The notes beneath the pieces are model-generated. The model was given only the letters and a program-made list of their open reading frames with translations. It made no database searches and was not told the origin of the DNA. DNA of 64,000 nucleotides. It comes from Candidatus Spyradenecus sp. Lineage in GTDB: Bacteria; Verrucomicrobiota; Kiritimatiellia; RFP12; DVOR01. The DNA is taken from contig JAZRAG010000058.1 of the NCBI GenBank assembly GCA_045634445.1, positions 2,499 through 66,498 on the forward strand, given 5' to 3'. Below, in pieces: positions 53,922-63,851 of the stretch (within the stretch, counting starts at the first letter, position 1; the number at the start of each line of letters is the position of its first letter). A program made the position numbers and the translations under genes.

Positions 53922-54667
53922 AAGTGTGGCAACTTCTTAAAGAATGCTACAACAGCATTCTTGATCTTTGCTATCCACGTGATTGTTATTTTTGCCGTAA
54001 ACCATCTGGAGATGATGGGTACATTTGTCAGACGTGTCTTGAACGCCTCTCCCTTCATCGCAATCCATCCTGTACGCGCTGTGGACTTGAGTCAACCCTT
54101 CCAGATGGTCCAGACTTTATTTGCTCAGAATGTCTTCAATCCCCACCTGAAATTGAACGCACCTTTATTGTTGCTCGATACGAAAACGCCTTTCGTGATT
54201 TAATTCACACCTTTAAATATCGTAAAGGGGTGTGGCTAACCGAAGACCTTGGACGTTATCTGCTTGCAGTTTATCTTGAGCGTATCCAAAACAAAGGCAT
54301 TGAAGTCGACCTCTTAATTCCTGTGCCGATTCAATCGGCAAAATTGCGCCATCGCGGTTACAACCAAACCGAACTCCTCGCACATTATCTCTCTAAAAAC
54401 ACCGGCATTCCTACTCAAAGAAAAGCACTTAAACGTGTCAAAACAGGAATTACCTCACAAACGCGCCTACATCGTAACGAACGCTTACAGAATGCAAAAC
54501 GCGCATATCGTCTTACACGTCACGCGAACGTACAAGGCAAAACGATTCTTTTGATTGATGACGTTGTAACTACTGGCGCGACATGCAATGCATGCGCATC
54601 CCTACTCCGCTCTGCTGGCGCTAAAGCCGTTTATGTACTCGCACTTGCACGACCATTAAATCCTTAA
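53903..54667 (+). CDS. comF: ComF/GntX-family phosphoribosyltransferase-domain protein
   Basis: N-terminal Cys4 zinc ribbon (CYFCRK...CQTC...CTRC). C-terminal PRTase motif ILLIDDVVTTGAT. Confidence 0.7.
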   Translation: MRYLALKVWQLLKECYNSILDLCYPRDCYFCRKPSGDDGYICQTCLERLSLHRNPSCTRCGLESTLPDGPDFICSECLQSPPEIERTFIVARYENAFRDLIHTFKYRKGVWLTEDLGRYLLAVYLERIQNKGIEVDLLIPVPIQSAKLRHRGYNQTELLAHYLSKNTGIPTQRKALKRVKTGITSQTRLHRNERLQNAKRAYRLTRHANVQGKTILLIDDVVTTGATCNACASLLRSAGAKAVYVLALARPLNP

Positions 54668-54701
54668 TGGCGTTTACGTGTAAGTCACTTCATTCAGCGA
54701 T

Positions 54702-56171
54702 TTACTTTCCTAAGTCTGAAGCGCGAGATCGCGGCGAAGCATGACAATACTTTTGCGCCAAAGCGCCCCCTACTTCACCAAGGACTTCAGAATAAAAGGC
54801 CTTCACATTTGGATTTTCATGCGCAGAACGTACCGGCGCATCCCCTTCGCAAGCATATAAAGCCGCAATACGAGCTTGACGCATCGCGCGTGTGAGATAA
54901 GGAACACTTTTAGCACGCGGTAAACCCGCGCCACCAATACACCCACCTTCACAGGCCATGACTTCAATGATGTCAGCTTTTAACTCACCAGCATGGAGTT
55001 GCTCAAGCACTTTTCGCGCATTTGCGAGCCCTTGCACAACAAGCACCTCCAGTGATAACGTATCCGAAAAGCGCGCTGTGACATGCTTTAAGGCTCCTGG
55101 GCGTTGCGAATCAGAACCGAAAAGTCCGCGAACGGGCTCAAACTTTAAGAAGTCGGTTGGCGGAGGTTCATTAAAGAGGAAGTAATGCGCAGTACGTAAA
55201 ACGGCCTCCATTACACCACCCGTATTCCCAAAGATAATTCCTGCGCCACTCGCCTGCCCTAACAATGGGTCGTATCGAGAAGGTTGAAGTGCGTTGTAAT
55301 CAATCCCATCAGCCATCATCCAGTCGGCCAATTCACGCACCGTTACAACCGCATCCATCCCACGCAATCCATCAACCTCAAACTCTGGACGGCGAATCTC
55401 AAACTTCTTTGCAGGACAGGGCGTAAGCGCGACATTGAAAATGTTTTCAGGATTGATTCCCTTTTGCTTTGCGAAAAAGGTCTTAATTGCGACGCCCTGC
55501 ATGCCAATTGGGCTCTTTGCCGTAGACATCTTCGGCAAATCATTAGGGAAATAGGTCTCGCAAAACTCTACCCATGCCGGACAGCAACTCGTCAACAATG
55601 GTAGCGGACGCACTTTCTCACGCAAACGATCAACTAAATCTTTTGCCTCTTCTAAAATCGTGATGTCTGCTCCAACGCTTGTATCTAAGACATAATCGGC
55701 CCCAAGTGCACGTAAGGTAGCAATGACTTCACCTTCACAAAATGCGCCAGCAGGTTTACCAAATGCCTCTGAAACTGTAACACGAACCGCTGGCGAAAGC
55801 GAAACAACGATGGTTTTACCTTCGGATTTTGCCTTTTTAACAGCCTGCCATTCAGGACGCATTAAAATGGCTTCACCTTCACAAACGGTTGAACACTGCC
55901 CACAATGAACGCAAATTGGACGATTTCCCGTCTTTTTTAAGTCATAGTAACCATCAACTGACATTGTTCGACGGCAAACACGCTTGCATGAACCACAAAA
56001 GATACATTTCTTTTCATCAAAGACGATCGCAGGATTGTTGGGATCGATAGGCACACGTACATCAGTGTGCATATAAGCTGGCGTCTTTGAATAGAATGTA
56101 GAAGGAAGCGCAGGCAAAAGGCCTGTAGCCACCATCATTCGTAGCCAATCTCTTCGATTAAACTGTTGCAT
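54702..56171 (-). CDS. hydA: [FeFe]-hydrogenase catalytic subunit with N-terminal twin-arginine (Tat) signal and two ferredoxin-like [4Fe-4S] motifs
   Basis: H-cluster motifs L1 TSCCPAWV, L2 TPCPAKKFE, L3 EVMACEGGCIGGAGLP. F-cluster CIFCGSCKRVC and CVHCGQCSTVC. Tat motif NRRDWLRMMVATGLLPALP. ATG 56171 with GGAG RBS is preferred over the upstream TTG. Confidence 0.85.
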   Translation of the reverse strand: MQQFNRRDWLRMMVATGLLPALPSTFYSKTPAYMHTDVRVPIDPNNPAIVFDEKKCIFCGSCKRVCRRTMSVDGYYDLKKTGNRPICVHCGQCSTVCEGEAILMRPEWQAVKKAKSEGKTIVVSLSPAVRVTVSEAFGKPAGAFCEGEVIATLRALGADYVLDTSVGADITILEEAKDLVDRLREKVRPLPLLTSCCPAWVEFCETYFPNDLPKMSTAKSPIGMQGVAIKTFFAKQKGINPENIFNVALTPCPAKKFEIRRPEFEVDGLRGMDAVVTVRELADWMMADGIDYNALQPSRYDPLLGQASGAGIIFGNTGGVMEAVLRTAHYFLFNEPPPTDFLKFEPVRGLFGSDSQRPGALKHVTARFSDTLSLEVLVVQGLANARKVLEQLHAGELKADIIEVMACEGGCIGGAGLPRAKSVPYLTRAMRQARIAALYACEGDAPVRSAHENPNVKAFYSEVLGEVGGALAQKYCHASPRSRASDLGK

Positions 56172-56202
56172 CTCAAAATACTCCAAAATCTAACCTAAAG
56201 GT

Positions 56203-57343
56203 TCAACGCAAGGCTCGTTTAAAAAGATAAACCGTCACCCACAATAACAGCACGGAACCGATTGAACACATTAGTAAATGAAACGCTTGACTCTCGGTGA
56301 TTGCACACGAAACACCGCGTAAAAGATTCCATGCGGCCATACGGAAGTCAAAGACCTTTGGCAATAAGTAAAACCACAAAGCCGCAGACCCAAAGAATGT
56401 AATCGGATAGCTCCACTTACGAAAGTTTAAACAATCCGTAATAAAGTACGTTAGTGCACAGAAAAGTAGCGTCCAACCACCTGCAACACAAACATAACTT
56501 GATGTCCACAACTTCTTAATGATCGGCACCCATGGTGCACTCAAGTAACCGATGGATAATAGACATCCACCAGCAATGGCAATCCAAAGGGCTTTATAGC
56601 GCACATTTGTTCGTAAGAAATCTGCTAACAACATTCCTAAATAGGCAGTTAAAGGCGCACCTAAGGTAGAAACGATTCCCTCAGGATCAAGGCCATCTAC
56701 TGCGCTGATATCAACTCGTCCTGGCAAAAAGAGTTGGTCAATGCGCCCAGCCCAATTCTGCTGCATCGCATAGGGCGCCTCTCCACCACATAGTTCAAAC
56801 AATCCTGCATAAGCAAGTAACCCAAGAGGGAACAATGTCCATCTCCAGTTTTTGGGTAAACAAAGATAACCCATCGCAGCAAGATAAACGCCTAATCCAA
56901 TGCGTGCTAAGACACTTGCGTAGCGAATTTCTGATAATGTGGTAACAGAAAGAGCGCCATTGTAAAGCACACCTAAGACGATTAATACGAACGTACGGAT
57001 GGTCAATTTAAGCCAACGGGTTCCTAAGGAAACGCCATGTGCACGTTGTTTTTCCCAAGAATAGGTAAACGAGGCGCCAGAAATCAATAAAAACGTCGGG
57101 AAGATGGCATCGTAGAAGGTGAATCCTTCCCAATAAACATGACCTAACTGTCCACGTAACCAGTCTGCCCCCGGGAACGTTGAGCAACACATACAAAGCG
57201 CTAAGAGGCACGCATCACCTCCAGCGATCAAGAACATACTCCAACCACGCACAATATCCAACATATGGACACGCTTTGAGTGAGGTGCCTTTTGTACGTT
57301 TGTAGGCTGTTCAATTGGATGTGTTTCTGTTAAAGTCATCATC
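56203..57343 (-). CDS. HGSNAT/DUF1624-like acyltransferase-type polytopic membrane protein
   Basis: N-terminal RVHMLDIVRGWSMFLI motif typical of the heparan-alpha-glucosaminide N-acetyltransferase-like family. ~10 TM helices. ATG 57343 is preferred over the longer track ORF. Confidence 0.5.
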
Positions 57344-57445
57344 TTTACGCGAGAAATTAAATAGAAATCCTTATTTACAATGAAAACGCGCAGAAAAGAG
57401 TAAATCTCTGCGCGAATCGTTAACCTTCCTCTGAAGTGCGCATTT

Positions 57446-58576
57446 TTAGGCACGTCGCGTTGCCGTACGACGAGCCACAATACGCAGCAGTACAGGTTCA
57501 ATGATTGCCCAAGGTTCTTGAGATGTCGTATCTGCGAGTTTGAAACGCATCTCAATAACGTAGTGGCGAGCTGCACGCAATTCATTCAATGAATAACGCT
57601 TCGCCGCATCAATCAACTTAGACAAATTCCACCCTTGAAGACGGGCGAGACGTTGGGGAATCTGATCTATGGGGATATTCCACTGTCCGCCTGAAAGCCA
57701 CTGATGTTCTAATGCATCAGCGATTGCACAAAGATCATTCAAGGTGTTAATCAAAACCGCGGCCGCGGGAAACGCAGAGTTTTTATCCAAACGCAACTTC
57801 TCTACAATGCGTGAAACCTGTAGTGGAGAACGTTGCTGAATTGCGGTTACCAATTCAATGGGCTCACCGATGACAGCAGTCGAGGTAATCGTCTCTAAAT
57901 CATCCATCGTCACCGTATCACGCTCGGGGCCGAGATACGTATCCAATTTCTCAAGTTCAGAAACGAGTGTACGTGTGTCTGCTCCAACCTTTTGTACAAA
58001 TGCCGAACGGATTGGGGCGGCCATTTTGAGACGCTTGTTTTCCAACAACGGTCCCAAATTCTCAAGCGCGACCTTCTCTAAGGAGAATGAACGCACTTCC
58101 ACACCACAAACGTGGTAATTTCCTGCACTTTTTACCCATTTTGCAAAGCGTGACGTTAATGGGCAACTATCTGCGGTAATAACCAAATGGTGATCTTCTG
58201 GAAGCGGATTGTCTTGCAAATTGTCGCAAAACTTTGCAACAGCCTCTTTCGCTGCTTGTGCTTCTGTAGCCTTACTCTTTACGCCAGGTAAGAAGTTGAC
58301 ATCGCGCAACCAAACGACCTTGCCGCCACCAAAGAAACTCTCCGTGAAAAGGCCTTCTTCGGCCTGGTTTAATACACGAAGTACATCGTCGCACTTTTCA
58401 CAATGCGCATCCATTACTTCCAAACCGAAATCACGATTGGAAGCGGGAACTAATTGATCTACGATGCGTTTGGCGCCTTCGGTTTTGAGATATTCGTCTG
58501 GGCCAGCGAAGAGATAAATCACAGGATACTCGTCTATAGATTGGAAGCGGCACGCGAATGATGCGTACCGCTTCAT
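57446..58576 (-). CDS. holA: DNA polymerase III delta subunit-like
   Basis: N-terminal IYLFAGPDEYLKTEGAKRI clamp-loader delta pattern. ~376 aa. Assignment by architecture, moderate. Confidence 0.55.
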   Translation of the reverse strand: MKRYASFACRFQSIDEYPVIYLFAGPDEYLKTEGAKRIVDQLVPASNRDFGLEVMDAHCEKCDDVLRVLNQAEEGLFTESFFGGGKVVWLRDVNFLPGVKSKATEAQAAKEAVAKFCDNLQDNPLPEDHHLVITADSCPLTSRFAKWVKSAGNYHVCGVEVRSFSLEKVALENLGPLLENKRLKMAAPIRSAFVQKVGADTRTLVSELEKLDTYLGPERDTVTMDDLETITSTAVIGEPIELVTAIQQRSPLQVSRIVEKLRLDKNSAFPAAAVLINTLNDLCAIADALEHQWLSGGQWNIPIDQIPQRLARLQGWNLSKLIDAAKRYSLNELRAARHYVIEMRFKLADTTSQEPWAIIEPVLLRIVARRTATRRA

Positions 58577-58582
58577 GAATAA

Positions 58583-59566
58583 TTAGAGGATCTTCATGCG
58601 CGGCAAGTCTTGGAGGTCAATCGTGCCGACCAAGCGACCATCTGCATCGACCACAGGAAGGTCATCCACCTTGTGATGTTCAAAGATGTTCAAGACTTCT
58701 ACAGCCAAAGCACCCAATGTCACGCGAATCGGATTGTGAATCATCACTTCGGTAATCTGACGCGTCATCGGATTTTCAGTGGCTTCAGAGAAGAGACGAC
58801 GCAAGTCACCATCGGTGAAAATACCCTGTAATTTACCATCGCCATCTACGACGCAAGCGCAGCCCGACTTTGCAGAGGTCATTGCCACAACGGCATCCTT
58901 CACCGTAGCCGTTTCAGCCAAAGAGACCAAGCGGTCACCCGAACGCATAATATCCTTCACACGGAAGAGTAATGCACGACCGATTGCACCTGCGGGATGA
59001 TAGAGCGCGAAGTTTTCCTTCTTAAAGCCACGTGCTTCCAAAAGCACCATTGCGAGCGCATCGCCCAATGCGAGTGTGGCGGTGGTAGAAGTGGTAGGCG
59101 CCATATTGAAGGGGCAAGCTTCAGGACCACAATCAATGTGATACACCCAATCCGAATCCTTACCCAAAGAGGATTCACGATTGCCCGTCATACCGATAAT
59201 CTTCACACCAATGCGACGCAACGACGGCAACAAACGAATCACTTCGTCAGATTCACCCGAGAAGCTGATTGCAAGCACGATATCCTTGTCAGTCACCATA
59301 CCCAAGTCGCCATGCATAGCCTGCACAGGATTGAGCAACACTGCGGTGGTACCCGTACTTGCCATTGTGGCGGCAATCTTTTCACCCACGTGAATATTCT
59401 TACCCACGCCAGTGACGACAAGCTTACCACCCTGCTCTAACGTCGAGAGAATAGCCTCGGTAATTTGGCAGAAGGTTTCATCGAGGGCTGCATCCGTCTT
59501 GCGCAAACCTTCAATTTCAACGGCGATTACTTCATGTGCACGCGCCAACATTTCTTCGTGTGTCAT
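58583..59566 (-). CDS. kdsD: Arabinose-5-phosphate isomerase (SIS + tandem CBS), KdsD/KpsF/GutQ family
   Basis: SIS motifs GKLVVTGVGKN and ISFSGESDE. Two CBS domains at the C-terminus. 327 aa. Confidence 0.8.
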   Translation of the reverse strand: MTHEEMLARAHEVIAVEIEGLRKTDAALDETFCQITEAILSTLEQGGKLVVTGVGKNIHVGEKIAATMASTGTTAVLLNPVQAMHGDLGMVTDKDIVLAISFSGESDEVIRLLPSLRRIGVKIIGMTGNRESSLGKDSDWVYHIDCGPEACPFNMAPTTSTTATLALGDALAMVLLEARGFKKENFALYHPAGAIGRALLFRVKDIMRSGDRLVSLAETATVKDAVVAMTSAKSGCACVVDGDGKLQGIFTDGDLRRLFSEATENPMTRQITEVMIHNPIRVTLGALAVEVLNIFEHHKVDDLPVVDADGRLVGTIDLQDLPRMKIL

Positions 59567-59587
59567 AGTTAAACTCCTAAAATGAAA

Positions 59588-60049
59588 TTACTGAACTTCT
59601 ACCAACTTTTGAGCGAGACGTACGCGGATTTCTTCCGAGATCGCCTCTTCGGCAAAAACTTTGTTTAACGCATCAAGGCGTGTAATCAAATTGTCATCAA
59701 TGACATGTTCCACGCGACAAGCTGTGGCGCTTGCCTCATCTTCTGGCAATAACAGAACATCCTTCAAGAAATTCTTCAAAACGCGATGACGCGCGATCAC
59801 GCGTTCTGCAGCGGCAAGCCCACGCTTTGTTAAGGTTACAGGATAACTTGAGTCGTAATTCAAATAGCCATGCTTACGCAAAACGCCCAATGCATTCGTC
59901 ACAGAAGGCATCTTCACCTTTAAACGACGCGCAATTTCACTCGTATGCGCATGACCATGTTCATTCGCATCAATTAATTCTTTGATAGCCTCAAGGTAAT
60001 CCTCAAGACTCGCGGTCAATTCAAAAGGTTTTTCATCTGCAGCAGCCAT
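59588..60049 (-). CDS. DtxR/MntR-family metal-dependent transcriptional regulator
   Basis: N-terminal SLEDYLEAIKELIDANEHGHAHTSEIARRL winged HTH of the DtxR family with metal-binding His residues. Confidence 0.75.
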   Translation of the reverse strand: MAAADEKPFELTASLEDYLEAIKELIDANEHGHAHTSEIARRLKVKMPSVTNALGVLRKHGYLNYDSSYPVTLTKRGLAAAERVIARHRVLKNFLKDVLLLPEDEASATACRVEHVIDDNLITRLDALNKVFAEEAISEEIRVRLAQKLVEVQ

Positions 60050-60092
60050 GCCATATTCCTAACTTTTATTAGTATAGCATAAAATGGGAGAT

Positions 60093-61148
60093 TTAGGCAG
60101 CAATCGCTAAAATAACACCACAAGCGATTACCCACGCAATGCTAGATAAAATCAACAACGGATCTCGCAAAAAGATATTTTCTGGCGTTCCTGCGCGATG
60201 TTCTTGATAGGTCAAACGCACATATCGAAAAACACCCAACAAAACCAATGGTACGGTGTAGATTAAATTCTCTGTACCAAAATGCGCCACCGTCTTAGGC
60301 GCAAGCGTGTATAAAGCGTAACATGCCACCGTAACCGAGGCTGCAATCCCAATCTCAAAATCCAAGATGCGCGGTTCATTTGTTGAGGGAATGGGCTGAC
60401 CTTTGATGAAATACGCACTTCTACGCTTGCAGAGCGCAACGAATAATGCGCCGACAAAGACGCAGAGCATCAACCACGAAGAAAGTGACACTTGCATTAC
60501 CACAGCACCAGCTGCCGCACGCAAGAGGAAGCCCGCCGCTAATAAGATTACGCCCAGGTCGGGAATCCGCTTCGCGACAAAGGTGTAAATTAACTGTAAT
60601 CCTGAATACCCTAAGCAAATGTAAAGGAAGTTTAAGGAGCCCTGTTGGGCGCCAAGCCAAATTGCAAGCGCAAAGCAACCGCCTAGGCAAGCGATTGCTA
60701 AAGGAATCGCAGCACCAAAAGAAACCTTACGCGCGACAATCGGACGATGACGCTTTAATGGATGCGATTTATCACCACGTAAATCGTGTAAATCATTGAT
60801 GACATAGGTCGCTGCCGAAATTAAAATAAAGGCAACTAATGCACATCCTAACGTAATTGCAATCTCAAGTGGCGTGGATTTCAACGTCTGAATAAACGCA
60901 CTGTCGGCTTGCGATTGGTCAAAGAACGCAAAGAAGGGCGCAGCCAATAAAAGGAGATTTTTCACCCACTGACTTGGACGCAAACACTTCACTAGATCAA
61001 CGATTTTATTGGTGTATAAAGCTTCACAACCTTGATGATCAGAATAATCTGCACTCTCACCAAAGGTACGCGCTACGCTCTTACGCGGCTTTGCAGAACG
61101 GTGATACACGCGTCCAGAAGGGCCACTGTTTCGTTGATAGGTTCCCAT
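60093..61148 (-). CDS. UbiA-family prenyltransferase, decaprenyl-phosphate phosphoribosyltransferase-like
   Basis: LRPSQWVKNLLLLAAPFFA N-terminal motif of DPPR-type UbiA enzymes. 8-9 TM helices. ~50-aa basic N-terminal extension. Confidence 0.6.
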   Translation of the reverse strand: MGTYQRNSGPSGRVYHRSAKPRKSVARTFGESADYSDHQGCEALYTNKIVDLVKCLRPSQWVKNLLLLAAPFFAFFDQSQADSAFIQTLKSTPLEIAITLGCALVAFILISAATYVINDLHDLRGDKSHPLKRHRPIVARKVSFGAAIPLAIACLGGCFALAIWLGAQQGSLNFLYICLGYSGLQLIYTFVAKRIPDLGVILLAAGFLLRAAAGAVVMQVSLSSWLMLCVFVGALFVALCKRRSAYFIKGQPIPSTNEPRILDFEIGIAASVTVACYALYTLAPKTVAHFGTENLIYTVPLVLLGVFRYVRLTYQEHRAGTPENIFLRDPLLILSSIAWVIACGVILAIAA

Positions 61149-61151
61149 AGC

Positions 61152-62876
61152 TTAGTTTTCCTTGATGCTCATCAAGAATTCAACATTGGAATTCGTTAGA
61201 CGCAAGCGCTTAAGCAAGATATCCATCGCTTCATTGGGGCCAACCGGCGTGAGGAACTTACGCATCGACCAAATGCGCGACAATTCATCAGGATGCAACA
61301 AAAGATCTTCCTTACGCGTACCCGAAAGTTCAATATTAATTGCTGGGAAGACACGACGATCCGAAAGACCGCGATCCAACTTCAATTCCATGTTACCGGT
61401 ACCCTTGAATTCTTCAAAGATAACGTCGTCCATCTTGCTACCTGTTTCGATCAACGCAGTCGCCAAAATGGTCAAAGAACCGCCGTTTTCAATATTACGC
61501 GCTGCACCGAAGAAACGTTTCGGCTTATGCATCGCATTTGCATCCAAACCACCCGAAAGGATTTTACCCGAGTGCGGAGCGGCAGTATTGTAAGCACGTG
61601 CCAAACGAGTCAAGGAGTCCAACAAAATAACGACATCCTTGCCATTTTCCACCTTACGCTTCGCCACTTCAATGACCATTTCCGATACAGCACAGTGACG
61701 CTGAGGTTCTTCATCAAAGGTAGAAGAGAAGACTTGCGCCTTGGTGTTACGCTGCATATCCGTCACTTCTTCAGGACGTTCGTCAATCAACAAGACGATC
61801 AATTCCACATCTGGGTAGTTCGCACTAATGGCATTTGCAATCTTCTGCAACAGCACCGTCTTACCTGTGCGCGGCGGTGCTACAATCAAACCACGCTGGC
61901 CAAACCCTACCGGCGTGAAGAGATCCATTACACGCGTAGAATACTCCTTCTGAGCGGTTTCCAAAAGAATGCGACGATCAGGGAAAACAGGTGTTAAATC
62001 TTCAAAGTGTACAATGCGCTTGGCCTGCTCCACGGGCAAACCATTAATCAAAGAGACGCTTGACAATGCGAAGAAACGGTCACGATCACGCGGTTCACGC
62101 AAAGGCCCTTCTACCAAGTCACCTGTGCGCAACCCATGACGGCGAATCTGCTGCTGGCTCACATACACATCTTCAGGGCACTGCAAATAGTTATTCGCGG
62201 CAGAACGCAAAAAGCCGAAACCATCATTTAACGATTCAAGCGTACCTGTTGCAATAACAGTTCCCTTGCGGCGCAAGTAGACGCGAATCAACTCCATAAT
62301 GACTTCATGACGACGCAAGTTAATCGCATCTTCAGCACGATCTGGCGGCAACATTGCTACGAGATCCTTGATGCTCACATGCTCCAGCTTCTTCAAATAG
62401 AGCGGCGGAGCGTCTTCAGGAAGCGGTTCATACTGAGCATGTTGCTGAGGGGCTGCTTGTTGTGGCTGTTGCTGACCACCGTTGGGGCGCTGCTTGCCAC
62501 GCTTATCATTACGATCCCACTTAGTCTTACGCCCTTGATCACCAGCGTGATTCTGCTCTACAGCCTCACCTTCTGCGGATGGCTGCTGCTCTGCAGGCTT
62601 AGTAAGAGGCACATCCTCTTCAATCGTCAACGTATCTTCAAAGGGTGGAGGCGTCAGCATCACCTCATCTACTACAGGTTGTACGACTTCTGGAGCGGGC
62701 ATTTCAGGTTCAGGTGCAGGCTTGGCTTCGACCACTTTTGGCTTTGCCACAGCACGCGTTGAGCGTTGACGAGATTCCTTTTCTGCCAATGATTTCGGAC
62801 GTGCTACACGACGTGCACGAATTGCTGGCCCTTGAATCTTCTGAGTATCTTCTTCCATAGTCATACAAACTTTCAA
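61152..62876 (-). CDS. rho: Transcription termination factor Rho with long N-terminal insertion (Q/P-rich)
   Basis: Rho core LIVAPPRTGKTVLLQKIANAI (Walker A), Q-loop and R-loop regions, SGTRKEDLL. N-terminal ~190 aa insertion containing GGQQQPQQAAPQQHAQ. Confidence 0.9.
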   Translation of the reverse strand: MKVCMTMEEDTQKIQGPAIRARRVARPKSLAEKESRQRSTRAVAKPKVVEAKPAPEPEMPAPEVVQPVVDEVMLTPPPFEDTLTIEEDVPLTKPAEQQPSAEGEAVEQNHAGDQGRKTKWDRNDKRGKQRPNGGQQQPQQAAPQQHAQYEPLPEDAPPLYLKKLEHVSIKDLVAMLPPDRAEDAINLRRHEVIMELIRVYLRRKGTVIATGTLESLNDGFGFLRSAANNYLQCPEDVYVSQQQIRRHGLRTGDLVEGPLREPRDRDRFFALSSVSLINGLPVEQAKRIVHFEDLTPVFPDRRILLETAQKEYSTRVMDLFTPVGFGQRGLIVAPPRTGKTVLLQKIANAISANYPDVELIVLLIDERPEEVTDMQRNTKAQVFSSTFDEEPQRHCAVSEMVIEVAKRKVENGKDVVILLDSLTRLARAYNTAAPHSGKILSGGLDANAMHKPKRFFGAARNIENGGSLTILATALIETGSKMDDVIFEEFKGTGNMELKLDRGLSDRRVFPAINIELSGTRKEDLLLHPDELSRIWSMRKFLTPVGPNEAMDILLKRLRLTNSNVEFLMSIKEN

Positions 62877-63487
62877 TGATTAAAATCGTTTTTCCACTTC
62901 GCCACCAAAGCCTCTACCTGCTGTTGGAGCGATGCTAATTCATCTGTATCGTTTTCCAAAATCCAATTTGACCGCTTGACCTTTTCAGTCAAAGGCATCT
63001 GTGCGTTCAAACGTGCTACCGCGGCCGCTTCTGTCATACCACGAATCTGACACATTCTACGAATCTGTGTTTCACGCGAAGCACTTACGCATACTACGCC
63101 CTGCCACTCGCCTTCCCATCCACATTCATAAAGTAATGCAGCAGAGAAAATTGAGATATCTCTTGGGCCACTTTCTGCCAACCACTCAGCAGTTGCCTGA
63201 CGGACAAGCGGATGCACAATCTTTTCCAACGCAATTCGTGCCTCTAAATCACCAAACACTTTAGTCGCCAAAACCTGCCGGTCAATACTACCATCTGCAG
63301 CTAAGACCGCTTCACCAAACTGCGCCACAATGGGCGCCACCGCTGCACCACCGGCCGCTTCCAATGCTCGTACAACCATGTCAGCATCTAAAACGCGACA
63401 CCCACAAGCTTTAAAACAAGCTTCTGCTGTACTTTTACCACACGCTATGCCACCAGTTAAAGCAAATGCTAACGACATAAAAAGCAA
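62873..63487 (-). CDS. coaE: Dephospho-CoA kinase
   Basis: ALTGGIACGKST P-loop at N-terminus. ~200 aa. Overlaps rho start by 4 nt. Confidence 0.8.
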   Translation of the reverse strand: MLFMSLAFALTGGIACGKSTAEACFKACGCRVLDADMVVRALEAAGGAAVAPIVAQFGEAVLAADGSIDRQVLATKVFGDLEARIALEKIVHPLVRQATAEWLAESGPRDISIFSAALLYECGWEGEWQGVVCVSASRETQIRRMCQIRGMTEAAAVARLNAQMPLTEKVKRSNWILENDTDELASLQQQVEALVAKWKNDFNH

Positions 63488-63795
63488 AAAAGAGAATAAA
63501 AGAAATCACTGCGACTGCAGTATCAAACACATCTTACGTTGAAGACATTTGTATAATACCATAATAATAGACACCCTGTAAACCAAAAAGAGTATCTCCA
63601 CTCCTCTTTTAAACAATTTTCTATTAAGAACTCCCTCAAATCAAAAGTGCTATGCTCTACAGACAGCGTATTTGAAAGAAAAGCAATCTTGTAGAAGTAA
63701 ATTCTCCCAATAACACGCGCATGCGTGCGTTATGGTATAGGGTGTGTGGTGTTCTTGGTGTTCAGTGTTATTATCCCCGCTTTTTGAGGGCTCTT

Positions 63796-63851
63796 TAGTC
63801 TCTATTGTAGACTCACTAGTCTCTATTATGGACAAATAGTCTCTATTATAG
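63796..63851. repeat. Three direct repeats TAGTCTCTATT(G/A)T(A/G)G at 21-bp periodicity (iteron/operator-like array)
   Basis: ttTAGTCTCTATTGTAGac (63796), acTAGTCTCTATTATGGac (63817), aaTAGTCTCTATTATAGag (63838). Confidence 0.6.
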
